Assembly: GCA_028693395.1 (NCBI GenBank)
Contig: JAQUVJ010000001.1
Span: 46,387-110,386 of the forward strand
DNA from: Candidatus Nanoarchaeia archaeon
GTDB taxonomy: Archaea; Nanobdellota; Nanobdellia; Woesearchaeales; JAQUVJ01
Direction of reading: 5' to 3'
DNA: 64,000 bases
Below the pieces are notes generated by a model. That model did no database searches, had not been told where the DNA came from, and was given only the letters and a program-made list of their open reading frames with translations. Made by a program: the position numbers and the translations under genes. Shown here in pieces: positions 21,795 to 32,334 of the stretch. Each line of letters opens with the position of its first letter. Positions within the stretch are counted from its first letter, which is position 1.

Positions 21795-23045
21795 TTAAGC
21801 TAATATTATTTCTACTTTGTTTATTCTATTATGGTTTACATCTTTTATATAGAATTTATATCCATTTAATTCAAAATTTTCATTTTCTTTTGGAAGATAA
21901 CCTATCGAATCCAACAAATAAGAAGAAATTGTTTTAAAATCTTCTCCTTCTATTTTTATATTTGTTTTTTCGCAAATTTCACTAATCTCAACAAGACCAT
22001 TTACAATATATCCTCTTTTAGTCTTAACGATTTCGTTTTCAATAATATCAGTTTCATCATATATCTCTCCAACAATTTCTTCTAACAAATCTTCAATTGT
22101 TACAAGTCCAACAATTGTACCATATTCATCAACAACAAAAGCAATATGAATTTTTTTATTATTCATATCATAAAAAATATCATTTAATTTTCTATTACTT
22201 GGAATAATTATTGGATCTCTCATTATTTTCGCAATTGGTGTATCTTCTTTTTTCCCTATAATATCTTTTACAAAAAGTACTCCTTTCAAATCATCTAAAT
22301 CTGAATCATAAACAGGTATTCTAGAATATCCCATGTTAATTATTTGATCAATTACATCTCCTATATCATTATTTATATCAATAGCAAAAATTTCAGATCT
22401 TGGAACCATTACATTTGATACCTCTATATCATTAAAATTAAATATATTTTTTATCATTTCTTTTTCATCTTTTCTAATCGTTCCTATCTCTTCACCAATA
22501 TTAACAATATTCATTAATTCATCTTCTGTTATTAATGGTTTTTTATTATTATTTGAAACTTTATTAAAAAATTGAGTTATTTTTGAAAAGAAAAATACAA
22601 ATGGCGAAAATATTTTTGATAAAACATTTACAATAGGACTTAATTTTAATGCAATCTTTTCAGCATGAACTGTACAATAAGATTTTGGTGCTATTTCACC
22701 GAAAACTAATATAAAAAAAGTCATTAATCCTGTTGCAATTCCAACACCATAATTTCCAAAATAATCTATAGCAAGACTTGTAGCAACAGCTGACGCACCT
22801 ATATTTACAACATTGTTTCCCAACAATATTAAAATCAATAATTTATTTGGGTCGCTTTTTAATTTTTCCAATAACAAAGCATTTTTAAAGTTTTTTTTTA
22901 CAAGGTATTTTACTCTTAATTTACTTATTGATACAAAAGCCGTTTCCATTCCTGAGAAAAAAGCGGACATTAATACCAGTATCAATAATATAATAATATT
23001 TAGCATATTTTTCTGGCACCTTAAATCTGATAAATAAGATATCAT
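21795..23045 (-). CDS. CNNM/HlyC-family transporter-associated protein (DUF21 TM domain, CBS pair and CorC_HlyC domain)
   Basis: 416 aa. N-terminal four-helix membrane domain, two CBS motifs and a C-terminal CorC/HlyC-type domain. Confidence 0.7.
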   Translation of the reverse strand: MISYLSDLRCQKNMLNIIILLILVLMSAFFSGMETAFVSISKLRVKYLVKKNFKNALLLEKLKSDPNKLLILILLGNNVVNIGASAVATSLAIDYFGNYGVGIATGLMTFFILVFGEIAPKSYCTVHAEKIALKLSPIVNVLSKIFSPFVFFFSKITQFFNKVSNNNKKPLITEDELMNIVNIGEEIGTIRKDEKEMIKNIFNFNDIEVSNVMVPRSEIFAIDINNDIGDVIDQIINMGYSRIPVYDSDLDDLKGVLFVKDIIGKKEDTPIAKIMRDPIIIPSNRKLNDIFYDMNNKKIHIAFVVDEYGTIVGLVTIEDLLEEIVGEIYDETDIIENEIVKTKRGYIVNGLVEISEICEKTNIKIEGEDFKTISSYLLDSIGYLPKENENFELNGYKFYIKDVNHNRINKVEIILA

Positions 23046-23281
23046 ATTTAAATATTGCTATCATATTATTAGTTAATACTGTTATTTCAAAAATAAATTA
23101 AAAAATATAAAAATATTAACTTTTAATTCAAATAGTTATAATAAAAATAGAATACAAATATAAAAAATAAAAATAGAATAAATAATTTAAAAAACTAATA
23201 ATTAAAAAATAATGTATCAAGAAACAAAAAATTACAAACAAAAAAATAAAGAAATAAAAAAACAATAAAAAAAATAAAAAA

Positions 23282-25729
23282 TCAATTAAAAAAAACTTTT
23301 AGATAATCTAACAACTTTTTTTTATTTTGTTTTAAATCATCATAATTATCAATTATATTTTTTAAAACTTGATCTTTTACTTGTGGATTTTCTTTAGATT
23401 TCTTTAAATATAAATACATTAAAATTTCTTTTAAATTGTTATTTATTAATTTATCTAAACTTCTGCTATCCATATCTTCATAATCATTACTATGAGCTTC
23501 TAAATATTTTTTGATTTCATTTCCTATAACTTCTTTTGTTACTGATTGATTTAAATCATTTCTTTGTGAAAAATTATTTTCAACTGATTTATTTCTGTCA
23601 TTTTCAAAATTATTAAAAACATTATCATTAAAAATGAAATCATTATTTCTCTCATTGCTTTTCTGATTATTTTTTTCAAATAAAAAATCATTATTAAAAT
23701 TATTTAAATTTCCTTTATTATAATCTTCTCTTTGATTATTTTCAAAACTTTTATTATAATTTTGAGAATTTAATTCATTTAATGTTTTAGAGTAATTTTC
23801 TTCATTAACTAAATTTTCTGAACCAAAATCCATGTTTTTAAAAAAATCATTACTTTCTTTTTTATTATTACTTGATGTTAAATCAAATTCATTATTAAAT
23901 CCATTATTGTTATTTGAAAAATCTACAGAAAAGTTATTTTCTTTTTGTAAATCATTAAAAACAATATTAAATTCATTACTATTCTCATTAGTGTTTTGAT
24001 TTATATTTTGATTTATATTTTGATTTGAATTCTGATTAAAATTTTGATTAAAATTTTGATTAAAAATATCATATTCTCTTTCAATATTTTCTTTTTTTTC
24101 TTGAGTAAAATTATCAAAAGAAAAATTAAAATTATCAAAATTTTCTTTTCTTTCAGTATTTAATTCTTTTTCTTTATCATTGGAATTAAAAAAATCAAAT
24201 TCATTCTTATTTGAATTATTTTCAAAATTTTGATTATTAATATTATCAAAACTAGTTTTTCTTTCTTCAAATTTTTTCATAAATTCTTTTTCAAAATCAC
24301 TAACGTTTGTATCTTCAACTTGTGAATTATTAAAATTGTTTGCATGATTTTCTTGATTTATTTGATTTTCATTTGTAATCATAGAACTTTTAAATTGATT
24401 TTCTTGATTTCCATAATTAATATTTCTATTTTGATTTTCATTTAAATTATTTGTATCAAATATTTCTGCAATTGTTTTTCTTGCTAAATCTTTTATATTT
24501 CCTTCACAACTACCTATGATGTCTTCTAATAAATCAACATTCAAAACATATAACATATTATTTTCAAACAAATAATCTACTAGAAATATTCCATCTAATT
24601 TCCTGTAAATTCTTGAAATTTCTATTAATTCCTTATCATTTAATTTTTGATCATTTTGACTATTCATTTCTACAGATTCTGTATCAAATCTTGAATCAAT
24701 AAAAACAACTTTTTTTTCTTGTCTTCTAATATCTCTATAAACAACTTCCATTAAATTATTATCAACGATATATCTGTCAGAATGTATTTCTTCAAGTAAT
24801 CTATGTTTGTTTTTTAATACATCTCTTATTTCTGAAGATGTAAGATTGTATCCGTAATTTCCAAAGATTATTGAATTATTTATATTAACTAAATAATATT
24901 GCATTGGAGCTACATCTAAATTTTGTAATTTATAAAGTCTTGAATAATGATCACTAAAATTTTTTGTAAAATCTCCATCATTAATCAAATATAAACTATT
25001 ATCATATATCTTCTTAGATGTATTTGTTATAATAAATCCACTCTTATTTGCATTTTTTCTTTCTTGAACAATTATATTATATTTTACTTTTTCAATTAAT
25101 TCTATAAATTTATTTTTAAAGCTTACTTCATCAACTCTTATTTCTTTTTTAAATAAATCAATAAAATCATATTTTCTCATCATATTTACAAAAAACTTCG
25201 TTGTGAAAAATTCTGCAAATGATGCTTTTATATGTAAATATAAACTTTCTAATGAATTAATATCGATATAATTTGCATATCCTAATTCTTTACTAGAACG
25301 ATTATCATTTAAACTTAATTTTAAAGCAACTTCTAAATTATTTGATTTTGAATTTAAAATCTCATCAGTTGTTTTTCTTGAATTCATCGATTCATAAAAA
25401 TATTTTATATCATTCGATGTATCTTCATCAAAATTTGCACTATAAACCATTTTTTGAATAATATTTAATTTATTTTGCAATTCTGCAATCATGTAAGTCT
25501 CTGAATATGAGACATTATATTTTGTTTTCACAATATCATATAAATTTAAATATATTTTTCCTAATAATTTGTTATAAACTAAAAATTCTTTAAAGACTTG
25601 ATCTGAAATAACAAAAGTCTTTGGAACATTAACATTATCATTTTTTAATTTTGCAAGCAAAAAAGCTTTGTTTCCTATTTCTTCCATTGAATACTGTAAT
25701 CCTTCTTCTAACCAAAACATTTTTTTCAT
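23282..25729 (-). CDS. Standalone PEP-utilizing-enzyme N-terminal (PPDK_N) ATP-grasp-like domain protein with a long N/Q-rich low-complexity region
   Basis: 815 aa. The N-terminus (MKKMFWLEEGLQYSMEEIGNKAFLLAKLKNDNVNVPKTFVISDQVF) parallels the PEP synthase/PPDK N-terminus (W.LEE...GGKaanL...VPpGFvIt). About 400 aa of N/Q/F-rich repeats follow. No phosphohistidine or PEP-binding domains are present. Confidence 0.45.
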   Translation of the reverse strand: MKKMFWLEEGLQYSMEEIGNKAFLLAKLKNDNVNVPKTFVISDQVFKEFLVYNKLLGKIYLNLYDIVKTKYNVSYSETYMIAELQNKLNIIQKMVYSANFDEDTSNDIKYFYESMNSRKTTDEILNSKSNNLEVALKLSLNDNRSSKELGYANYIDINSLESLYLHIKASFAEFFTTKFFVNMMRKYDFIDLFKKEIRVDEVSFKNKFIELIEKVKYNIIVQERKNANKSGFIITNTSKKIYDNSLYLINDGDFTKNFSDHYSRLYKLQNLDVAPMQYYLVNINNSIIFGNYGYNLTSSEIRDVLKNKHRLLEEIHSDRYIVDNNLMEVVYRDIRRQEKKVVFIDSRFDTESVEMNSQNDQKLNDKELIEISRIYRKLDGIFLVDYLFENNMLYVLNVDLLEDIIGSCEGNIKDLARKTIAEIFDTNNLNENQNRNINYGNQENQFKSSMITNENQINQENHANNFNNSQVEDTNVSDFEKEFMKKFEERKTSFDNINNQNFENNSNKNEFDFFNSNDKEKELNTERKENFDNFNFSFDNFTQEKKENIEREYDIFNQNFNQNFNQNSNQNINQNINQNTNENSNEFNIVFNDLQKENNFSVDFSNNNNGFNNEFDLTSSNNKKESNDFFKNMDFGSENLVNEENYSKTLNELNSQNYNKSFENNQREDYNKGNLNNFNNDFLFEKNNQKSNERNNDFIFNDNVFNNFENDRNKSVENNFSQRNDLNQSVTKEVIGNEIKKYLEAHSNDYEDMDSRSLDKLINNNLKEILMYLYLKKSKENPQVKDQVLKNIIDNYDDLKQNKKKLLDYLKVFFN

Positions 25730-26264
25730 AAAAACACCTATTTATTCATATATTAACAAACTTATAAATCTTATGTTTTGTTATTTAAAAACAAAACTAT
25801 TTTTTATTATTCTATTATATTTTATTTTTTAAAATTATTTTATTATTAAATAGATAATCACAATAAAAATAATAATAATGATAATAATAGTAATAGTAAT
25901 AATAATAAACATATTTGCTATTTATATTTAATTATTTGTATATTTTAAGTTATAATTTTTTATTGTCTTTTTTATTTTACATATTTTTTTATTATTAATA
26001 TTCTTTTATATTTTGTATTTTTTTTATTTTTATTTTTTTTATTATTATAATTTTTTACTTTAGTATTTATTATTTTTATTTGTTATTTGTAATTATTTTA
26101 TTTATATTTCTTAATTTGTATATTTTTCTTTAATAAAATTGATTATAATTCATTTAATGTTTTTAATTTAAAATATTTGTTAAGATTATTAAATAATTAA
26201 TTAAAAAAATATTTAAAAAAATAATTAAATAAAAAAATAAGTGGAAAATTAAGTGAAAAATTTA

Positions 26265-29063
26265 CTAAAAGAAATTTTTATATTTATCAAAATCAATTAA
26301 CATATTTTTTCTTGTTTTTAAATTACATATTATAAATTTATTAACATCAGGCACAAAATCATTTAATTTTTGATAATCTGTTTCTCTTATCCAAGATCCT
26401 GAATTAATTATATCAATATTATTGTATCTTTCTAATATTGTTTTATGTAAATGTGCTGTATAAAAAATATCAATATCCTCTGGAATAAATAAGTAATCTT
26501 TTTCAGAATTTATGTATGAATATGTTGAACCATATTGCATGGCAAGATGACCTTTATTTAACAAATCTATTAAAAATTCTTTAAATCTTTTTTCTTCATT
26601 TTTAATATTATAATAATAATCTTCTTTTAGATATTTTAAAAAAGAACCTCCATGGTAATAAAATATTTTTATCATGTTTTCTTTGTTATCTTTTATCTCT
26701 ATAAAAGAAGGATTTGTAGTAAATGAAACATTTTCCAAAGAATATAATTTTTTATAATATTTTAATGGAAGTATTGGCTGTGGTTCTTCTAAGATTGATG
26801 TATCATGATTTCCTGGTGCTAAAATTATGTTTAAATCTTTTCTTAATGATTTTAAGATTTCATATAAATAATCAATTTGATTGTAAATATTTTTTATCTC
26901 CAAATCATTTTCTTGCTTTGGATAATTACCAATCCCATCTATTAAATCTCCTCCTAAAAATAAATAATCTATTGATAAACCTAATTTATTTAATTTTTCA
27001 CTTTTCGTTTTTCCATTTAAAAATTTAAAGAAATTTTTTATATCTTCGTAATTTGTATTTTTATTTCCAATATGAAGATCACTTGCAAAAGTTATTAATG
27101 AATTTGTTGTTAATGAATTTAATTTGTTTTTCTCTATTTGATTTATTATTATTTTGTCGATGATAAATAATTTTATGTTTTTATCAAAATGACCACTAAA
27201 TCCGCAAATATCATCTAAAAAGATTTTTCTTACATCAAAATCTTTACTTAAATTATTTGAAATAACTGCTTTTATATTATCTGTTTTATCTTCTAATGTA
27301 TAAACTAAATTACCTTTTTTTGACAAATGAAAATCACTAATCATTGCAACTATACTTACATCACCTAAATCAATTGTTTTTACTCTATTTATTGTATATA
27401 TATTTTTCAAATCTTTATTTTTTGATAATTTTTCATAAAAAACATCATATCTATTTCTAAAATGATCTATAAAATCTCTTGGGGTTAAATCTTTTTTGAA
27501 AGAAAAGTTTATGTTATTTATAGTTAATATATCTGGTTGATTTATTTTATTGTCTTTGTTTATTATTAATTTTTCATATATTGAATTATTAAATAGTTGA
27601 TATCTTTTTTTTATTTTTTCTATAATATTTTCATTAATGTTTCCTTTGAAAATTTCTAAATCATTATTTTTATTTTGATTAATTTTTTGATTTAATTTTT
27701 CATCATCACTAAGAAAATTATTATTATTATTATTATTATCGATATTTTTATTATCAATATTTTTATTATTTATTTTATTATCGTTATTATTGTTGTTATC
27801 ATTATTGTAATTATTTACTTCTTGAAATTTTTCTTTTTTATTTTTTTCATATTCTTCATATTTTTTATTTTCTTCATTTTCTTGATTTTCTTTATTTTGT
27901 TGATTATCTTCATTATTTTCATTATTTTCATTATATATTTTTTTTATATCTTTTTCATTAAAATATTCTTCTAAATCATCAATTGATAAAACAACTTCTT
28001 CATTATTATTATTATTTTTATTTTTATTTTTTTCGTTTCTTTTATTATTTTCAATATTTTCAATATTTTCATTAAAATCACTAAAATCAGAATCAGAATC
28101 AGAATCAGAATTCTCTAAACTTTCTTTTTGTAATTTCTCACTTTTTTTTTGATTTTTTTTGATTTTATTTTCATTAGCTTTTTTATTTGTTTTTATTAAT
28201 TCATCTATAACTTCTTCTATGTTTAAATTTAAATCTAATTTTGAAATAGTTTCTTGCATGAAATCTTTTATTTTTTCTTTATCTAAAGATAATTGTATTT
28301 GAGAATATTTTTCCCAATTTATTGATTTAATAATTATATTATTTGAAGTCCTATCAATTATATAATTTAAAAATGGTAAAAAAACAATGTCATTTTTCAT
28401 TGTTTTGAAAAACTTTTCTTTTTTTTGTTTAAAAGTTATTGTATCTTTGTTTATCTTTATTGTTTTTGCATTTTTATTTTTTTTTGAAAATTTAATAAAG
28501 AAATTAATTAACATATCAAAAAAACATTTGTCATCTATATCATATAAATGTCTAAAGATTTGAATTTCTTTTTTAGGATGCTTAGAAATTGTTTCTTCTA
28601 CTGTTGTTAAATAAAAACTTATTCTTTTTTTAAAATTACTTTTATATTTTACATAAATTTTTTTTTCAAAATCTTTATTTGTTAAACTTTCTTCTACTAA
28701 TTTTTCTATGAATTTATTATAGAATAATGTTAATATAAATGAATCTATATAAAAAAATTCAATATCTTCACTCTCACTTTTTTCTTTGTAATTTTCGATT
28801 AAATTTATTATAATATCTATTAATGTTATTTTTAATAATTTTGATATGAAATCTATTTGATAATAATTTAAAAAATCTTTTTCGTTAATTATTCCTTCAT
28901 TGAAATAAAATTTATGATTTTCTTCATCAAAGTTTTGTTGTAAATAATCCATATCGATTAAATCAATTGATAAACTTTCAATTAATTCTACAAATGAATT
29001 TAAATTACCATACAAATAATTTTTTGAATCTAATTGTTCTTCTAGATATTTTATAATTTCCAT
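26265..29063 (-). CDS. DNA polymerase II (PolD) small subunit DP1 with a long N-terminal extension
   Basis: 932 aa. The C-terminal half has an OB fold plus calcineurin-like phosphoesterase motifs (ITFASDLHIGN, LFLGGDLIDGIG, LAPGNHD, HLHK). The N-terminal ~500 aa are non-canonical and carry D/S/N/E-rich low complexity. Confidence 0.75.
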   Translation of the reverse strand: MEIIKYLEEQLDSKNYLYGNLNSFVELIESLSIDLIDMDYLQQNFDEENHKFYFNEGIINEKDFLNYYQIDFISKLLKITLIDIIINLIENYKEKSESEDIEFFYIDSFILTLFYNKFIEKLVEESLTNKDFEKKIYVKYKSNFKKRISFYLTTVEETISKHPKKEIQIFRHLYDIDDKCFFDMLINFFIKFSKKNKNAKTIKINKDTITFKQKKEKFFKTMKNDIVFLPFLNYIIDRTSNNIIIKSINWEKYSQIQLSLDKEKIKDFMQETISKLDLNLNIEEVIDELIKTNKKANENKIKKNQKKSEKLQKESLENSDSDSDSDFSDFNENIENIENNKRNEKNKNKNNNNNEEVVLSIDDLEEYFNEKDIKKIYNENNENNEDNQQNKENQENEENKKYEEYEKNKKEKFQEVNNYNNDNNNNNDNKINNKNIDNKNIDNNNNNNNFLSDDEKLNQKINQNKNNDLEIFKGNINENIIEKIKKRYQLFNNSIYEKLIINKDNKINQPDILTINNINFSFKKDLTPRDFIDHFRNRYDVFYEKLSKNKDLKNIYTINRVKTIDLGDVSIVAMISDFHLSKKGNLVYTLEDKTDNIKAVISNNLSKDFDVRKIFLDDICGFSGHFDKNIKLFIIDKIIINQIEKNKLNSLTTNSLITFASDLHIGNKNTNYEDIKNFFKFLNGKTKSEKLNKLGLSIDYLFLGGDLIDGIGNYPKQENDLEIKNIYNQIDYLYEILKSLRKDLNIILAPGNHDTSILEEPQPILPLKYYKKLYSLENVSFTTNPSFIEIKDNKENMIKIFYYHGGSFLKYLKEDYYYNIKNEEKRFKEFLIDLLNKGHLAMQYGSTYSYINSEKDYLFIPEDIDIFYTAHLHKTILERYNNIDIINSGSWIRETDYQKLNDFVPDVNKFIICNLKTRKNMLIDFDKYKNFF

Positions 29064-29242
29064 TTTAAACGTTTTTTTATTTTATTGTGATTTTTTGTAA
29101 TTTTTTGTGATTTAAAACTTTATTGTTTTTTAACATATATGGATTAATAATATATTTATAATTAAAATTTTTAAAACTTGATTATTATAAACTATTTTAA
29201 AATTTGATTATTAAATTTATTATAAAAAATTATTATAAAAGT

Positions 29243-29286
29243 TAATTACAAATATTAATTACAAATATTTTAATTTACAAATATAA
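29243..29286. repeat. Direct repeats TAATTACAAATAT (about 3 copies) between cdc6 and DP1
   Basis: gttaattacaaatattaattacaaatattttaatttacaaatat lies immediately upstream of the DP1 start codon. Confidence 0.5.
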
Positions 29287-29301
29287 ATAAAAATTGAGAT
29301 T

Positions 29302-30513
29302 TTAATTTTTAATTGATTCATCTATAAATTCTTTAATTTTTAAAAGATAATTATCTGCAAAATTTATTGAAATTTCTGTTGTTCTTCCATATCTTCCTTT
29401 TGAAATTACTTTTTGATTTATTAAACCTAAAGTGTCAAGTTCAGATATTATGTCAGAAATTCTTCTTTGAGTTAATGGTCTTATAGAAAAAATCTTTACG
29501 ATGTCAGTATAAGTTCCATAGATTTGACCAGTTTGTTGTTTTTCTTGTTTTTTTTCCATTTTGTTTTTTATTATTGCATAAATTACTGCTTGTTGTTGTT
29601 TTGGTTGTGCTTTTATTGCCTCAAAAACATTATCTTTATCTATTTTATCTCTTGCCTCATCTAAATCTTCAATTGTTACTTTATCTTTTTTACTTCTTTG
29701 GGCAATTTCTCCTGCAATTCTAAGTAATTCAATAGCTCTTCTAACATCTCCATGTTCTCTTGCTGCAAATGCTGCACATTTTGCTACAACACCTGGTGGC
29801 ACACTATCTTCAACAAACCCTTTATCAACTCTGTCTTTTAATATTGTTTTTATTTGAACTGCGTTATATGGGTCAAATAAAACTTCTTCTTCTGAAAGTG
29901 AACTTTTTACTCTTGCATCTAAAAGACTTGTAAATGTTAAGTCATTTGCAATTCCTATTAAAGTTATTTGAGCTTTTTTTAATTCTGAATTTATTCTTGT
30001 TAAATTGTATAATAATTCATCTCCTATTTTTTTTACTAATTGATCTATTTCATCAAGAATTATAATATAAATACACTCTTTTTTATCAATTAATTTATAG
30101 AAAATATCATAGATTTTGTCGGTAGGAAGTCCTGTTGTTGGGACCTGTTCTCCTAAATGTTCAATCAAAGATGCAAGCAAACGATATTCAGTATCTGCAA
30201 CTTTTTTTAATTTACAATTAATATATATCACTTTTAAAGATAGTTTTTCTTCTTGAGCAATTTCCACTAACTGTTCTGTTGTATGTTTTACTGTTAATGT
30301 TTTTCCCGTTCCTGTTTTTCCATAAATAAAGATGTTTGATGGTTTATCCATATTTAATGCAGGTGATAAAATATCAGCAATTGTATTAATCTCCTCTTCT
30401 CTATGAAAAACTTCCTCTGGAAAATAATTTGATTGTAGAACTTTTTTATTTGAAAAAATATTTGTTTCATTTAAATGAGATTTAAATATATTTTTCTTAA
30501 TAATTTCTTTCAT
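29302..30513 (-). CDS. cdc6: Orc1/Cdc6 replication initiator (AAA+ ATPase with winged helix)
   Basis: 403 aa. Walker A (GKTGTGKT), Walker B (IIILDEID), sensor regions and a C-terminal winged-helix domain (RRISDIISELDTLGLI). Confidence 0.85.
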   Translation of the reverse strand: MKEIIKKNIFKSHLNETNIFSNKKVLQSNYFPEEVFHREEEINTIADILSPALNMDKPSNIFIYGKTGTGKTLTVKHTTEQLVEIAQEEKLSLKVIYINCKLKKVADTEYRLLASLIEHLGEQVPTTGLPTDKIYDIFYKLIDKKECIYIIILDEIDQLVKKIGDELLYNLTRINSELKKAQITLIGIANDLTFTSLLDARVKSSLSEEEVLFDPYNAVQIKTILKDRVDKGFVEDSVPPGVVAKCAAFAAREHGDVRRAIELLRIAGEIAQRSKKDKVTIEDLDEARDKIDKDNVFEAIKAQPKQQQAVIYAIIKNKMEKKQEKQQTGQIYGTYTDIVKIFSIRPLTQRRISDIISELDTLGLINQKVISKGRYGRTTEISINFADNYLLKIKEFIDESIKN

Positions 30514-30637
30514 AAAAATAAGAATTGAATTATGTTATTTAAAGATTTGTTTATTGAAAAAATGGTATGATTTTCTTTTGTAAATTAGTATATATTTGTT
30601 GTATATTTTTATTAATGTTATTTTTTATTTTATTTTT

Positions 30638-30714
30638 ATTATGTTTTTATTATGTTTTTATTATGTTTTTATTATGTTTTTTATTATGTTTTTATTATGT
30701 TTTTTATTATGTTT
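30638..30714. repeat. Tandem array of about 7 units of ATTATGTTTTT (11-12 bp) in the divergent cdc6/cca intergenic region
   Basis: Units at 30638, 30649, 30660, 30671, 30683 and 30694 plus a degenerate seventh. They are head-to-tail with no spacers. Only spurious ORFs cover the array. Confidence 0.75.
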
Positions 30715-30827
30715 ATTTTGTTGTTTTCTTTATTATTTCATTATTTTATTATTAAAATTCACTAAATTAAACCTTATTAATTTTTAAAAAGATAAAAATT
30801 TATAAAAAAAAGATATTTCAAAAACTT

Positions 30828-32234
30828 ATGAACATAAAAGAAATCAAATTAGAATTGTTAGATACAATTTATTCTAACCTAGATGAAAAAAAAAATAAAT
30901 CTATAAATAGTTTTATTAAATCATTAAATAATATAATTCTAGAAAATAATCTTCCTATTTTTCTAAAAGTGGGAGGTAGTTATGCAAAACAAACATTTCT
31001 GGGAAATGATTTTGATGTTGATGTATTTCTTAGAGTTAAAAATGATGAAAAAAAAAATGAATCTTTTGATGATATAATTACAAAATTCATTGAAATATTA
31101 AAATTAAAATATCTAAAAATAAATAAGATTCATGGATCAAGAGATTATTATCAGTTTGTAAAAGATGATGTAAAATACGAATTGGTTCCTAATAAATACA
31201 TTGATGATTTATCACAGGCAACAAATACTACTGATTATAGTCCTTTTCATGTTGATTTTTTAAAAAAAGAAATGCTAAAAAACAAAAAATTAAATGATGA
31301 AATAAGAATTACAAAAATGTTTTTAAAAGCTTGCAATTGCTATGGAGCAGAATCATATATTAATTCTTTTTCTGGACATAGTCTTGATATTTTAGTTGCA
31401 TATTTTAAAAATTTTGAAAATACATTAGAATTTCTTTCTAAAATCAATATTAGTAAAAAATATTTAATTGATATTAGTGATTTTTATAAAAACGATTTTA
31501 CTAAAAATATTGATTTCTCAATTTCAAAAGAAGATTATGAAAAGATAAAAAAACAATTTGATAATAAGATTAATTCTTCTTTAATTATTATAGATCCTAT
31601 TGATAAAAATAGAATTGCATCATCAGCATTAAATAATTACAGGATTTTAAAAATAAAATATTATTCTAAATTATTTTTAGAAACTCCAAGTTCATTTTTT
31701 TTTGAAAGAAACATTAAATTCAAGAAAAAAAGTAATAATATAATTTTAAAATATGAAAAAAATAATGAAAACATGGATATTTGTGGAGCAAATGTTTTAT
31801 CAATAAAAAGAAAATTATCTAATTTTCTAAAGGAAAACGATTTTGAAGTTTTAGATAATTTTGATTTCACAAATTTTAGATTTTTTAAAAGAGTAAATAA
31901 AAGAAAAATTGATGAATTTAATTCTAAACATGAAGATGTTTTTTTTGATGGTAATCATTTTTATTTGAAAATTATTTTAAAAAAAAATAAAATTTCAAAA
32001 TACAAAATAATAAAAGGTCCTATTTTTGAAATGGAAGAAAACACAAAAGAAGAAATAAAAAATTCAATAGAATCCTTTAAAAACTCACATAAAAATACAT
32101 TCATTAAAAATGAAGAAAATAAATATTATATTTTTGCTAAGGAAAAAAGAGAGAAAAGAAAATTAAGATTTTTCATAGAAGATTTCTTTGAAAAAAGAAA
32201 GGATATTGAAAAATACGTAAATAGAGTTAAATAG
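30828..32234 (+). CDS. cca: Archaeal class I CCA-adding tRNA nucleotidyltransferase
   Basis: 468 aa. N-terminal NTase signature VGGSYAKQTFLGNDFDVDVFL (GS...D.D), and a size and architecture typical of archaeal CCA enzymes. Confidence 0.55.
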   Translation: MNIKEIKLELLDTIYSNLDEKKNKSINSFIKSLNNIILENNLPIFLKVGGSYAKQTFLGNDFDVDVFLRVKNDEKKNESFDDIITKFIEILKLKYLKINKIHGSRDYYQFVKDDVKYELVPNKYIDDLSQATNTTDYSPFHVDFLKKEMLKNKKLNDEIRITKMFLKACNCYGAESYINSFSGHSLDILVAYFKNFENTLEFLSKINISKKYLIDISDFYKNDFTKNIDFSISKEDYEKIKKQFDNKINSSLIIIDPIDKNRIASSALNNYRILKIKYYSKLFLETPSSFFFERNIKFKKKSNNIILKYEKNNENMDICGANVLSIKRKLSNFLKENDFEVLDNFDFTNFRFFKRVNKRKIDEFNSKHEDVFFDGNHFYLKIILKKNKISKYKIIKGPIFEMEENTKEEIKNSIESFKNSHKNTFIKNEENKYYIFAKEKREKRKLRFFIEDFFEKRKDIEKYVNRVK

Positions 32235-32334
32235 AAAATGAAAAGATAAATAGAATTAAAATTTTAATAATAAATAAAATTTTTAGTAATATTTATAAAC
32301 CCCCTGTTTATCTAACATTCATTGAAACTCAAAT

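Noticed and set aside
30567-30787. Two overlapping ORFs (62-63 aa, both + strand) composed of F/L/Y/C repeats, and a CRISPR-like regular repeat pattern
   Set aside because: They are translations of the ATTATGTTTTT tandem array. The repeats are contiguous with no spacers and only 11-12 bp long, so this is not a CRISPR array, and the ORFs are artefacts.
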